64,000 nucleotides of DNA. Origin: a bacterium (GTDB lineage Bacteria; Zhuqueibacterota; Zhuqueibacteria; Residuimicrobiales; Krinioviventaceae). Below the pieces are notes generated by a model. The model had not been told where the DNA came from, did not search any database, and saw nothing but the letters and a program-made list of their open reading frames with translations. Numbering within the stretch: the first letter of the stretch is position 1; each line of letters begins with the position of its first letter. Of the stretch, positions 11,019 through 21,045 are shown piece by piece. A program made the translations under genes and the position numbers. Where the stretch lies: the NCBI GenBank assembly GCA_963674595.2, contig CAXXFV010000007.1, forward strand, positions 63,280-127,279, written 5' to 3'.

Positions 11019-14000
11019 TTGAATCTGTTTTGTAAAAAAAAGCTTTTTATACATATCATATATTTCTTTTTGTTTATTAATATATTACCGCTTTGTGCTT
11101 TTGATATTTACGTCCCGGAATTCAACGATCCCATGGAAGAAGCCTGGCGCTGGCAGGTTTTCCCGGAATTAAGCGGAAGAGGGTGCCGGTGCATGGTGGA
11201 AGATGAAAACGGATTGTTGTGGTTTGGCGTTAATGGGGGACTGTTACGTTATGATGGATTGGAATGGGATTATATTAAATTAAATAACGATTCAACTAAA
11301 ACAAATGTGGTGGCTTTATGTGCTGCCGGGGATGGCTCCATTTATGTCGGAACGCCGGATGGAATTTACCGGTTTATAAACGGCACATGGAAACAGTTTG
11401 ATTGTGATTTGGGTTTTGGTGATACTTTGGATTTTCCCAACAACATGTTTCCCATTGTTGAAGGTTCGGATCATTCAATTTGGGTTGGTACACACAAGGG
11501 TATGCTGCGCATTAAAAACAATTTAATGACTTTATATAATAAAGACCAGGTTTTTACGGATTTTAATGAAAAGACCGGCGTTCCTGAAGAAATACCTTCC
11601 TTTAACGTATTCAGTATTTATGAACAAACACCGGGAAAAATATGGTGCGGGTTACGCGATGGACGGATTTTTATTTATGAATTTAAAAATGATAGTATAA
11701 ATATTCCGCCGGTAATAAAACAAATCGATAGGGATAAAGGATATAAACGCGCTCAATTTCCGTTTATAATCGGTGCAGGGGACGAAAATATTTATATAGC
11801 CAGCGGGCAAATAGACAGGGGCGTTAATGTCTATGAAAATTCCGAATGGAAGACAATCCGGTTCAGTCAAATGTTCGGGCTGGATGATCTGCATTCCGAT
11901 GCGCTGGTTTCAAAAGACGGAACCGTTTGGGTGGCAAGTTTCGGATGTGTTTTTGCCTGTAAAAATGAAAAATGGTACATGTATAACGGGCCCGGATTAC
12001 GGCTTCCGGCCAACCGGTGGAATTTGTATGAAACCACAAACAACAGTTTATGGATAATCGGTCTGGGAAATGAGGTTTGGCGGGTTGATTTATCAAATGA
12101 TAAATGGAAGACTTTAAAAGGTCTGCATTTTCACACTCAAAACCGGAACGGGGATTTGTGGTTTATCGCCTGGGACGATGCGGTTGTAACATGTGATTCT
12201 TCGCTGCAAAACTGGAAACAGTATACAACCAAAGACAATGTGATCGATTGTCCGGTGTCTGTTCTTGCCTCACAGGATGGTAAAATTTGGGTAACCGGCA
12301 GCGATAATCAGACGGCAGCAATTTCCTGCTATAATGGTGAAAAATGGGTCAAATTTTTACATCCGGAAATTTCCTGGGGAATCGGTCGCCGGGCTGTTTT
12401 AGAGGCACAAGACGGGTCTCTCTGGTTTGGGACGGGTCCCGATTATAGCTTTGGCAATGGACATCTGGGGGGATTTGTGAGATATAAAAATTATCAACAT
12501 ATTTTTGAAACAGGTCCTGAACTGGAGTATCATCATTTTAATGACTCATTACGTCTCAGCGCAATTTATGGCATCGGCCAAAGTGCAAACGGATTGATCT
12601 GGACGGGACAGCTTGCCTGTTATAACTATGATCAAAATATAAAAAAATGGTCACGCGTATTTGAGCCCAAAGGTCTGGATGAGAGTTTTATTGACTGTAT
12701 TTATACCTCACCGAATGGAAATTTATGGATTGGAACAAGGACCAGTGGGGTGTTTTGGTATCTCAGCGAATTGAATGAATGGAGACAATTCACACGAAAA
12801 GATGGTCTTTCAAGCAACTGCATCGTCAACATTTTTGCCAAATCAGATTCCAATGTGTGGGTGGCAACCGACCAAAACATTTGTCATTTTGACGGCTTTA
12901 GCTGGACGGCTGATGTGTTTCCCAGCTTTTTTCGAATAACCAAAGACGGCATTCTTATAAAATCCACTGACGACGGCGCTTTCTGGTTTAATCAAATTCC
13001 GCAGCCCTGGATTAAACGGGCCATAAATCGTAAAGCCGTGTCACAGGAACTGGCTTCCGAATATATCACCATTCGATATATGCCGGATGATGTTCCGCCT
13101 GAAACAGTCATAACATATTCACAAGACCGGATTGCACATCCGGGAAATGTGGTATTGTCCTGGACCGGTCACGATCCCTGGAGATCAACGCCTGATGAGC
13201 TGTTACAGTATAGCTCTCGATTTGACGGCAAAGACTGGTCACCTTTTAATTCGGGAAAAAGTCATATATTTTTAAACGTCAGCGACGGGAAGCATAAATT
13301 TGAGCTTCGCGCACGCGACCGGGACATGAATATTGATCCCGTCCCGGCGCAAGTTGTTTTTTACGTTAATCCGCCTTTGTGGAAACAATACTGGTTTTTG
13401 GGTTTGATATTTTTCTTTTTAGCAACAATAACCGGATTCATTATCTACCTGGTACACCGTAACAATATTATTAAAGAATTGTCGGAATCCAAGGTGCGCT
13501 TGTTTGCAAATATTTCCCATGAACTGTGTACGCCGTTAACGTTGATTGCCGGACCGGTTAAAAATGTCTTAAAGACATTAGATCACAAATCGTCTTTATA
13601 TCAACAGCTTTCCATGGTCAGACGGAACTGTGATCGTTTAATAAAACTGGTCAGCCAGATTATGGATTTTCAAAAAATTGATTCCAACACATTAATGTTT
13701 CTTCCTCAAAAAAGTAATATTGTCTCTTTTATAAAAGATATATTTGATTCTTTCCAACCGTTGGCTTGTGACAAAAAGGTAAATTTTTTATTCAAATCGG
13801 AATTAGATTCGCTTGAGATGTTTTTTGATGGAGACAAGATAGAAAAAATATTTTATAACCTTTTTGCAAATGCTTTTAAATTTACACCGGAACATGGGAC
13901 CATTTCTATAACCATTCAACGAATTTTGGATAATCCGAAATTAAAATTAACATCAGAAAAGGATAAACTCGTTATTACTGTTAAAGACACGGGTATGGGA

Positions 14001-15053
14001 ATTCCGGCTGAAAAAATAGACAAAATTTTTAACCGTTTTTATCAGGTAAACGAATCGATTACCCAGGCAGGCGGTGCGGGAATCGGTTTGTCCTTGACAA
14101 AAGAACTGGTTGAGCGGCATCATGGTAAAATTGAGGTGCAGAGTTTTCCTGAACAGGGCACAGAATTCAGGGTTATCATTCCCATACTATCCGAATATAA
14201 AAAATCAGTTCCAACCCACATTATTGAACCGGACATAATGGAACATGAAACCGCAGCTTTAATGGTTGATTCAAACACATCAACGCCAAAAAATGAAAAG
14301 TTGAAAATACTTCTTGTTGAAGATAATGCAGATATGCGTGCGTTTATCAAAAGTGAGCTTGATTCCATGTATCACATTGTTGAAGCCGTTGACGGTCAGG
14401 ATGGTCTGCAAAAAGCGGTTTCATATACACCGGATATTATCCTCAGCGACATTATGATGCCGAATATGAACGGCATTGAAATGTCAAAAAAATTAAAGGC
14501 CGACTATCAAACCAGTCATATACCCATTATATTATTAACGGCGCGTTCTTCTCAGGAACATAAAATAAAAGGTTTGGAAACCGGCGCTGTGGATTATGTT
14601 ACAAAACCGTTCAACAGCAAAGAACTCGAACTACGCATCACCAATATAATTCAGTCACGCAAAAACCTGTGGCAGCGTTTTCACCGTGAGGATTCCGTAA
14701 AACCGGAAGAATTGAGTATCACTTCGGTGGACCAGCAATTTTTAAAACGCGCTGTCGACCTTGTTCACAAAAATATGGATGATCCGGAGTTCAATCCTCA
14801 AATCTTTGGAGAAAAAATCGGTATGAGCCGTGCCGGGTTGTATAATAAAATAAAAATGCTAACCGGTTATTCTGTCAGAGATTTTATTATCTCCATTCGT
14901 CTCAAACGGTCGGCACAATTGTTAAAAGAATCCGGTATGACCATTACACAAATTGCCTATGAAGTCGGATTTAAAGACCCGTCACATTTTACCAGGGCCT
15001 TTAAAAAACAGTTTGGTGTTCCGCCCTCCGAGTTTGCAAAAAAATCAGAATAA
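11019..15053 (+). CDS. Hybrid two-component sensor kinase/response regulator (beta-propeller sensor, Y_Y_Y, HisKA, HATPase, REC, AraC HTH)
   Basis: Repeated LW(F/I)GT propeller blades, a TM helix, ISHELCTPL H-box, GAGIGLSL G-box, SDIMMP receiver, and C-terminal IAYEVGFKDPSHFTRAFKKQFG AraC HTH. Confidence 0.95.
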   Translation: MNLFCKKKLFIHIIYFFLFINILPLCAFDIYVPEFNDPMEEAWRWQVFPELSGRGCRCMVEDENGLLWFGVNGGLLRYDGLEWDYIKLNNDSTKTNVVALCAAGDGSIYVGTPDGIYRFINGTWKQFDCDLGFGDTLDFPNNMFPIVEGSDHSIWVGTHKGMLRIKNNLMTLYNKDQVFTDFNEKTGVPEEIPSFNVFSIYEQTPGKIWCGLRDGRIFIYEFKNDSINIPPVIKQIDRDKGYKRAQFPFIIGAGDENIYIASGQIDRGVNVYENSEWKTIRFSQMFGLDDLHSDALVSKDGTVWVASFGCVFACKNEKWYMYNGPGLRLPANRWNLYETTNNSLWIIGLGNEVWRVDLSNDKWKTLKGLHFHTQNRNGDLWFIAWDDAVVTCDSSLQNWKQYTTKDNVIDCPVSVLASQDGKIWVTGSDNQTAAISCYNGEKWVKFLHPEISWGIGRRAVLEAQDGSLWFGTGPDYSFGNGHLGGFVRYKNYQHIFETGPELEYHHFNDSLRLSAIYGIGQSANGLIWTGQLACYNYDQNIKKWSRVFEPKGLDESFIDCIYTSPNGNLWIGTRTSGVFWYLSELNEWRQFTRKDGLSSNCIVNIFAKSDSNVWVATDQNICHFDGFSWTADVFPSFFRITKDGILIKSTDDGAFWFNQIPQPWIKRAINRKAVSQELASEYITIRYMPDDVPPETVITYSQDRIAHPGNVVLSWTGHDPWRSTPDELLQYSSRFDGKDWSPFNSGKSHIFLNVSDGKHKFELRARDRDMNIDPVPAQVVFYVNPPLWKQYWFLGLIFFFLATITGFIIYLVHRNNIIKELSESKVRLFANISHELCTPLTLIAGPVKNVLKTLDHKSSLYQQLSMVRRNCDRLIKLVSQIMDFQKIDSNTLMFLPQKSNIVSFIKDIFDSFQPLACDKKVNFLFKSELDSLEMFFDGDKIEKIFYNLFANAFKFTPEHGTISITIQRILDNPKLKLTSEKDKLVITVKDTGMGIPAEKIDKIFNRFYQVNESITQAGGAGIGLSLTKELVERHHGKIEVQSFPEQGTEFRVIIPILSEYKKSVPTHIIEPDIMEHETAALMVDSNTSTPKNEKLKILLVEDNADMRAFIKSELDSMYHIVEAVDGQDGLQKAVSYTPDIILSDIMMPNMNGIEMSKKLKADYQTSHIPIILLTARSSQEHKIKGLETGAVDYVTKPFNSKELELRITNIIQSRKNLWQRFHREDSVKPEELSITSVDQQFLKRAVDLVHKNMDDPEFNPQIFGEKIGMSRAGLYNKIKMLTGYSVRDFIISIRLKRSAQLLKESGMTITQIAYEVGFKDPSHFTRAFKKQFGVPPSEFAKKSE

Positions 15054-15091
15054 TCCGAATTATTCCCGGGGAATTTTATAAATACGTTTTG

Positions 15092-15125
15092 TTTAGACGC
15101 ATATACCGAAAATTTAGATGCATGT
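15092..15125 (+). promoter_or_regulatory. Direct repeat, putative AraC/HTCS operator
   Basis: TTTAGACGCATAT (15092) and TTTAGATGCATGT (15113), 21-bp period, between the HTCS and the symporter gene. Confidence 0.6.
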
Positions 15126-15259
15126 AAAAGCATTTTATTTATATTATCGTATATTTAAATTGATATGATTTGGTTTTTTATGTGCTGAAATTTTGTTATT
15201 CAGTTTTCAAACGAGTATTTAATCAATAGGAATATTGTTAACTGTAAATCGAGGTAAAC

Positions 15260-17447
15260 ATGTTTGGACTTCCGTTAATCGATTTGATTGTTATTGTCGT
15301 TTATTTTACTGTTGTCATTTTAATCGGTGTCTGGTCAATGCGCCGTATTAAAAACCAGGAAGATTATTTTCTGGCCGGCCGTCGCTCCGGGAAAATCATT
15401 CAAACTTTTGCTGCGTTCGGACAGGGGACATCGACAGACAATGCGGTTGGTGTCACCACCACAACCTATACAAACGGCGCCGGTGGCATCTGGAGTTCAT
15501 TGTTGCTGCTGTTTGCCACTCCCTTGTATTGGATGACATCACCCTGGTTTCGCCGGCTGCGAGTTCAAACGATGGGTGATTTTTTTCATGATCGTTATAA
15601 TTCCAAAAAAATGGCGGCATTGTATGCGGTGATCGGTTGTGTTTCCATTATGGCAACAATATCCATCGGATTTAGTGCCATGACAAAAACCATCGTTGCC
15701 ATAATCCCCAAACAAGTTTATGAACTAAACGAACAGGAAAGAGCGGAATATAACAAGGCATTGGAACACGAAATGCTGAAAAAAAGCGACTATTTGCTGT
15801 TGTCTGAAGCAGAAAAAGATCGATTAACACAACTGGACGTGGAAAAACCAAAAAAGTTATTTCCGCATGTCAGCGAAACAGCCGTGGTATGGATTGTATG
15901 TTTGATTGTTATGTTATATGCTGTTGCCGGAGGGTTGGAAGCGGCTTTCCTCTCGGATACGCTGCAGGGATTTTTTATCATTATTTTATCGTTCATTCTG
16001 TTACCCTTTGCCTATGGTAAAATCAACTCAATTTACGGGGGTGACACTATGATGGATGCCTTGCGGACCATTCATCACCGCTTACCGGAAGCTTTTTTTG
16101 ATTTGTTTGGTTCACCTACCTGTATCGATTTTACCTGGTATTATGTCGCGGCAATTTCATTCATGTTTACGATTAATGTTGTGATGAATCCCAATATGCT
16201 GTTAACTATTTCAGCAGCCAAAGACGAATTTACAGCACGGTTGGGATTTACCAGCGGCAATTATATGAAAAGGTTTTGTACCATTTTGTGGGGTATGCTG
16301 GGTTTGGCGGCTGTTGTTTTATACGCTGATCAGGTCCATAATCCGGACCTTGTCTGGGGATACACCACCTATGATTTATTAGGATCGTTAAATATGGGGC
16401 TTTTGGGATTGATGATTGCCTGTCTCATGGCAGCGCTCATGTCAACGGCAGATTGTTTGATGATAACCGCTTCCAGTTTAATTATTCATAATTTGTATCG
16501 TCCGTTTACCCGTGAAAGAAGTGAAGAGCATTATGTCTTTGTCGGCCGAATAGCCGGTGCAGGCGTGGTTATCGGCGGGGCTATTATCGCCACCCAGTTT
16601 GACAGCATTTTACAAATGCTGAAATTTACCTGGGAGTTTAATGTTGTTGTTGCCGCCAGTTTTTGGCTTGGCATGAAATGGCGCCGGGCCAATCGAAAAG
16701 CTGCGTGGGCATCAATATTGACGACGATGATGGTTTTTATGATTGGTTCGATTTTTACACCGGTAATTTTCCCTTCTCTTCGCACAAATCCCTATTTGCT
16801 TAAAATGACGAACCCCGAGCCTTTGGAACGAGTTTTTACCGCCCATGACCGGGACGTTGAGATGCGTGAAAAAGAGATTTTAAAATGGAATGAATTGAAT
16901 GAAAAGGGCCTTGCACAAACTGCTGAACCGCAACCTTTAAAAATTGGCGAAAAATTTGTTTAAAATTGACCGTCTTCCTAAAAAAGCGATTTTTTGGACA
17001 CAGGGCATAAAATACGATAAGGACGGCCAAAAATATGGCGCCGGGATGATCAGTTTGGAGCTGATTCTTGTGGACAAATTCGGATTTAAACTGGAGAAAA
17101 ATCCCTATGCCTTTAATGAAACAATCCGTGTTATTATTCGAACGATTACACCCTTTTTAATTTTGATCCTGACCGCACTTTTAACACGTCCGGATGATAA
17201 AAAGTATCTGGACCGGTTTTATGTAAGAATGAAGACAAAGGTCAATTCTGATCCTGAAAAAGATAAAGAGGAAATAGCCCTGTCTTATAAAAATCCGCAA
17301 CGGTTTGATCATCACAAACTTTTTCCAAATTCGAACTGGGAACTTTATAAATGGGACAAGGAAGATACCATTGGTTTTGGGGCGGCTGTTGGTGTTTTAT
17401 TTTTGATAATTTTAATGCTGAAATTTTTAGTGAATTTAGGCGGATAG
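15260..17447 (+). CDS. Sodium:solute symporter (SSS) family transporter, split by one extra T near 16958-16961
   Basis: EDYFLAGR, VAGGLEAAFLSDTLQ and LMAALMSTAD SSS motifs. Removing one T from GTTTAAA joins ORFs 15260..16963 and 16944..17447 (KFVKIDRLP). Confidence 0.9.
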
Positions 17448-17456
17448 GAGTTATAA

Positions 17457-17482
17457 GAGGCCGTTTCCCGAAAAGCGGCCTC
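17457..17482. terminator. Stem-loop, likely terminator
   Basis: GAGGCCG...CGGCCTC just after the symporter stop and just beyond the stop of the duplicated radical SAM 3' end on the other strand. Confidence 0.6.
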
Positions 17483-17499
17483 CTTGCATTTTTGTAATT

Positions 17500-17624
17500 T
17501 CAATTAAATTTCCTCAAATAAAACTCTGTTTCGTTATACTCGGAAACTACAAGCCGGTTCGAATGAACAAGTCCTTCCACAACTGAAAAATTTGTACCTG
17601 ATTTTTCTGTTAGTTCCGGCAGGG
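17500..17624 (-). pseudogene. Orphan 3'-terminal fragment of the radical SAM gene (left copy of 112-bp direct repeat)
   Basis: 17506-17617 matches 21049-21160 at 108/112 nt and encodes ...ELTEKSGTNFSVVEGLVHSNRLVVSEYNETEFYLRKFN*. Confidence 0.9.
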
Positions 17625-18047
17625 CTGATTTCTCTATCGGGCGTACCAATGATATGTATTATGCTCTGCATGATTCAGGGGTAGAGCATAATTATAATAT
17701 GTTTTTGATCCGAACATCAAAATAAAATATTGCCGTAAAAATGTTACCATTTCTTAAAATGTCCTTGACAATTTCATAAAAACAGTTAAATTAAAGTAAT
17801 TATCCAAAAAATTTTAACCAGGCGGTCTTGATATTTAAAAAATATTTGTGAAAATCAGGTACGATTTTAATTCAAGTATTTAAGTTTGATTTTAACCTGT
17901 ATTATGTTTTTGTAACAGGCTATTGTTTCAAAGCTTTATCAATACATTGATTTTTAGCTGATTATATTTGATAGTGTTTTACTAAAACAAAGTATAAAAC
18001 TGATCCACCTTTAGTATTAAAGCCAATTATACTATTTATTAGGCTCC

Positions 18048-18542
18048 AGGTTAGCAACCCTAAAAAAATTAAGGAGATCAATTATGAAAAACACATTTTT
18101 CAAAATTTTAGCAATTACCATCCTTGTTTTAATCTTTTCTTTTAATAGTTCTTATTGCTACACCGGTGCATGGGTTACAGTAACACAATATACAGACGCT
18201 AAGCTGGAGGAATTCGTTTATCTTACTCCGACAGCATTAAATGTTGATTATGAACTTCACATTTCCTGGAATTATAATACCGGCAGAATTTATGCGGAAG
18301 CGACTCTTAATGATGGATATGATGATGAATGGAGTTGGGTTGAAAGTGCTCGGGCAGATTATTTTTGCAGTCCTGATCCGATATTTGGCGAAACAGGGCA
18401 AATTCTGTCAGGGGCATGGGCTTATGCTTATGCTGAACGAAAAAATTCCAATGCGACGATTTGTTCATGGGCGTTCTATTCTTATTAGTTTTTATTCTTT
18501 TTAAAAAATAATTAAATAGGTCGGTTTTAGGGTTGCTAGCTT
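18048..18542. repeat. Inverted repeat pair enclosing RBS and gene 1
   Basis: AGGTTAGCAACCCTAAAA (18048-18065) and TTTTAGGGTTGCTAGCTT (18525-18542): 18 bp, with the 2 non-Watson-Crick positions both G-U compatible. Confidence 0.9.
18084..18488 (+). CDS. Secreted 134-aa beta-rich hypothetical protein, paralog 1
   Basis: AAGGAG RBS, Sec-type signal peptide, aromatic-rich strands, clear homology to the next gene. Confidence 0.85.
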   Translation: MKNTFFKILAITILVLIFSFNSSYCYTGAWVTVTQYTDAKLEEFVYLTPTALNVDYELHISWNYNTGRIYAEATLNDGYDDEWSWVESARADYFCSPDPIFGETGQILSGAWAYAYAERKNSNATICSWAFYSY

Positions 18543-18780
18543 TTATTTTTTTAATTCGATTAAAATTTAATAAAATTTTTGATCATAAGCTTTAAGAAGG
18601 GAAATATGGCATAACGATATTTTCTGTTTTGGTAGAGATGTTCCAGTTTTCATTTTTTTCAAGACATCTTTGATTCTTTTGGTTACCAAAGGAAATTGTT
18701 TTACATGTACAACAACAGGTGCATTGTTAATATAAAATTGATCCATTATAAATAAATAACAACATTTTTATTAATATTGC

Positions 18781-19277
18781 AAGTTAGCAACCCTCAAAAA
18801 AATAAGGAGATCAATTATGAAAAATAAATTTCCTATATTTTTTGCTATTATTATTTGTTTATTAATTTTTAGTTTTACGAATTCTTATGCCGTTACTACC
18901 GGGGCATGGGCGACTATTGGCTATGGACCTCCAACAGAAAAAGAAGATGAGGAGTATCTTACTCCTGCAACCGGCGTTGCCTGGGAACTACATATCTCCT
19001 GGAGTAATAATTCTGGATACGTGTCGGCAGAGGCGACCATTAATACCAATGGTGATGGTGTCTATAGCTGGGTTGAAACTAACAGAACCGAGGCATCATA
19101 TAGTCCTGAACCGGAATGGGGTGAACCCGTTAACATTTATTCAGGCGCTACGGCCTATGCCTATGTAAAAAGTACGAGTGCGAATACTACGGGTTTGTTC
19201 CTGGGCTTTTTATACCTGGTAATTTTAATATTAAATTAAATTTAAATTTGTAGCAAAGTTAAAAGGGTTGCTAACTT
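18781..19277. repeat. Inverted repeat pair enclosing RBS and gene 2
   Basis: AAGTTAGCAACCCT (18781-18794) and AGGGTTGCTAACTT (19264-19277): perfect 14 bp. Confidence 0.9.
18817..19222 (+). CDS. Secreted 134-aa beta-rich hypothetical protein, paralog 2 (extra G at 19191-19193)
   Basis: Removing one G gives ...ANTTVCSWAFYTW* (stop 19220-19222), matching paralog 1 ...SNATICSWAFYSY* and the same 134-aa length. Confidence 0.85.
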
Positions 19278-19318
19278 TTTATAATTGTTTATGTGTAGTA
19301 TTTTGCGAGGAAGTCAAT

Positions 19319-21015
19319 ATGAATGGTAGATTTTTTTCATTGATAATAGTTTTCTTTTTTGGATTTATGTTATTTTGCTCTGATCCTGATAAAAATATAA
19401 AAGAAAAAATTGTTCTCAAATTAGCTAATATTGAAATTACTCATTATGAAATGCAAAAAAAGAATTGACAGGTTCAAAAAAAAATACAAGCAAATATACC
19501 GGCAAGATGCACCAGCGGATTCTATTGAATCTTATATAAACAGTTTTGCAGATGATGTTTACATATTAGCTGAAGCCTTTAACCGGGGATATTATAACGA
19601 TGCTGATATTGATTCTCTGGTAGATTTTATGACCCGAAAAATTTTAACACAGCCAAAACGTGGTCAGGTGTATGAGAGATTGATCCTGGATCGTGTTTAA
19701 AATCACGGATGATATACTTTATGATGCTTTTAATAAAAACAAAAAAGAGTTTAAATTAAAAATATTAAAATTTGCCGACCATCAGGATATGCACAAAACT
19801 CTGGGACCGGACACGCTTTTATCTTTGGAACGTTTTGAAAAAGTTGCCCATGAAAATAAAAACAGTCAATTTGTAAATATATTTGAAGCGCCTTTTATTT
19901 GGCCGTCTTATGGTATTTGGAAAGTCCAGGATAAAATATTCCAAATGAAAAAAGGTGAAATTTCACCTCCTTTACATGCTAATGATGGTATTTATATCAT
20001 TTATGTTAAGGATATTAGTACAAGGAACCAAAAAACATTTGAAGAGGAACGTCCATCTCTGGAGTGGAGTTTAAAAAATATTTATGAGGAAAAATTATTT
20101 TTAGCGGTAAATGATTCGATGTTTAAAGCTTGCAATCTGGTTATTAATAATGATGCTTGTGAGGAATTTTTTAAGCTGATTCCATCTTCTTATTCTGTAA
20201 TATTAGAAAAAGAAACGTTTGCAGAAATTTTGGGTGATACGATAGAAACCTATCAGTATGACAATGAAAAAAACAATGTTACGGTTGATGGATTTTTAGA
20301 TTTTTATTCAAAATGTTTAATTAAAAAACCAATAATTTCAAAAGATATGTTAAAAGATTATTTAAAAGAGCTGGTTAGGGAAAAGTGCTATTATCAATAT
20401 GCAAAAAATCATAACATTTTAGAACAACCCCAATTAAAACTTGATATAAAAAATTATAAAAATAAAGTTGTTTTGTCAAAATTCATTGACAATGAGTTGA
20501 AAAAAAATATTAAAGTTTCTGAAGACGAACTATTACATGAATATGAAAATAATATCAATTCTTTCAAGCAGGTGAAATCAATAATTGCTAATTTGTTTTA
20601 TTTTAATTCCGATCATCATGCATATAAGAGCCTGGAGAAATTAAAAAACTGTTCTGTTGATAGTATTAAATATATTACTAAAGATGGAAATCTGAACGGC
20701 TTGTTAAAGACAGAGTTTAATAGAAAATTAGATTATAATAGTTCATTGTTTAATGAAATGATTTCAAATAGAATACAAAGACTGCGACCCGAACAATTTA
20801 GTTTTCCTCTCAGACTAGAGGACGGATCTTTTTTAATTGTACAAAAATTAAATGATCAGGGTAACGTTATTAAATCTTTCGATGAGGTACGAGACTATTT
20901 AAATAAAAAATTACTTGATCTCAAAGTAAATAATGAAAAACCGCTTTTTATTAAAAGTTTGAAAGAGAAATATACACCTGAAATTTCTGTGGATAAAAAA
21001 CAGTTTTTATTGTGA
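19319..21015 (+). CDS. SurA/PrsA-like parvulin peptidyl-prolyl isomerase/foldase lipoprotein, split by two +1 indels (near 19455 and 19697)
   Basis: GAGG RBS and ATG 19319; lipoprotein-like signal (FMLFC); KIFQMKKGEISPPL...GIYIIYV and FSFPLRLEDGSFLIV...KSFDEVR parvulin-like motifs. Three ORFs join on removing one A and one T. Confidence 0.78.
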
Positions 21016-21045
21016 TGTTTTTATAATAGTTATAATCAGGAAAGC

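Noticed and set aside
18540-18783. Spacer between cassettes as a canonical integron attC site
   Set aside because: About 240 bp is longer than typical attC sites, it lacks an overall palindrome, cassette 1 has AGC rather than AAC, and there is no intI in the window. Kept only as a weak alternative.
19223-19239. Hydrophobic C-terminal anchor (GLFLGFLYLVILILN) on paralog 2
   Set aside because: Artefact of one extra G; the alternative frame matches paralog 1 in sequence and length.
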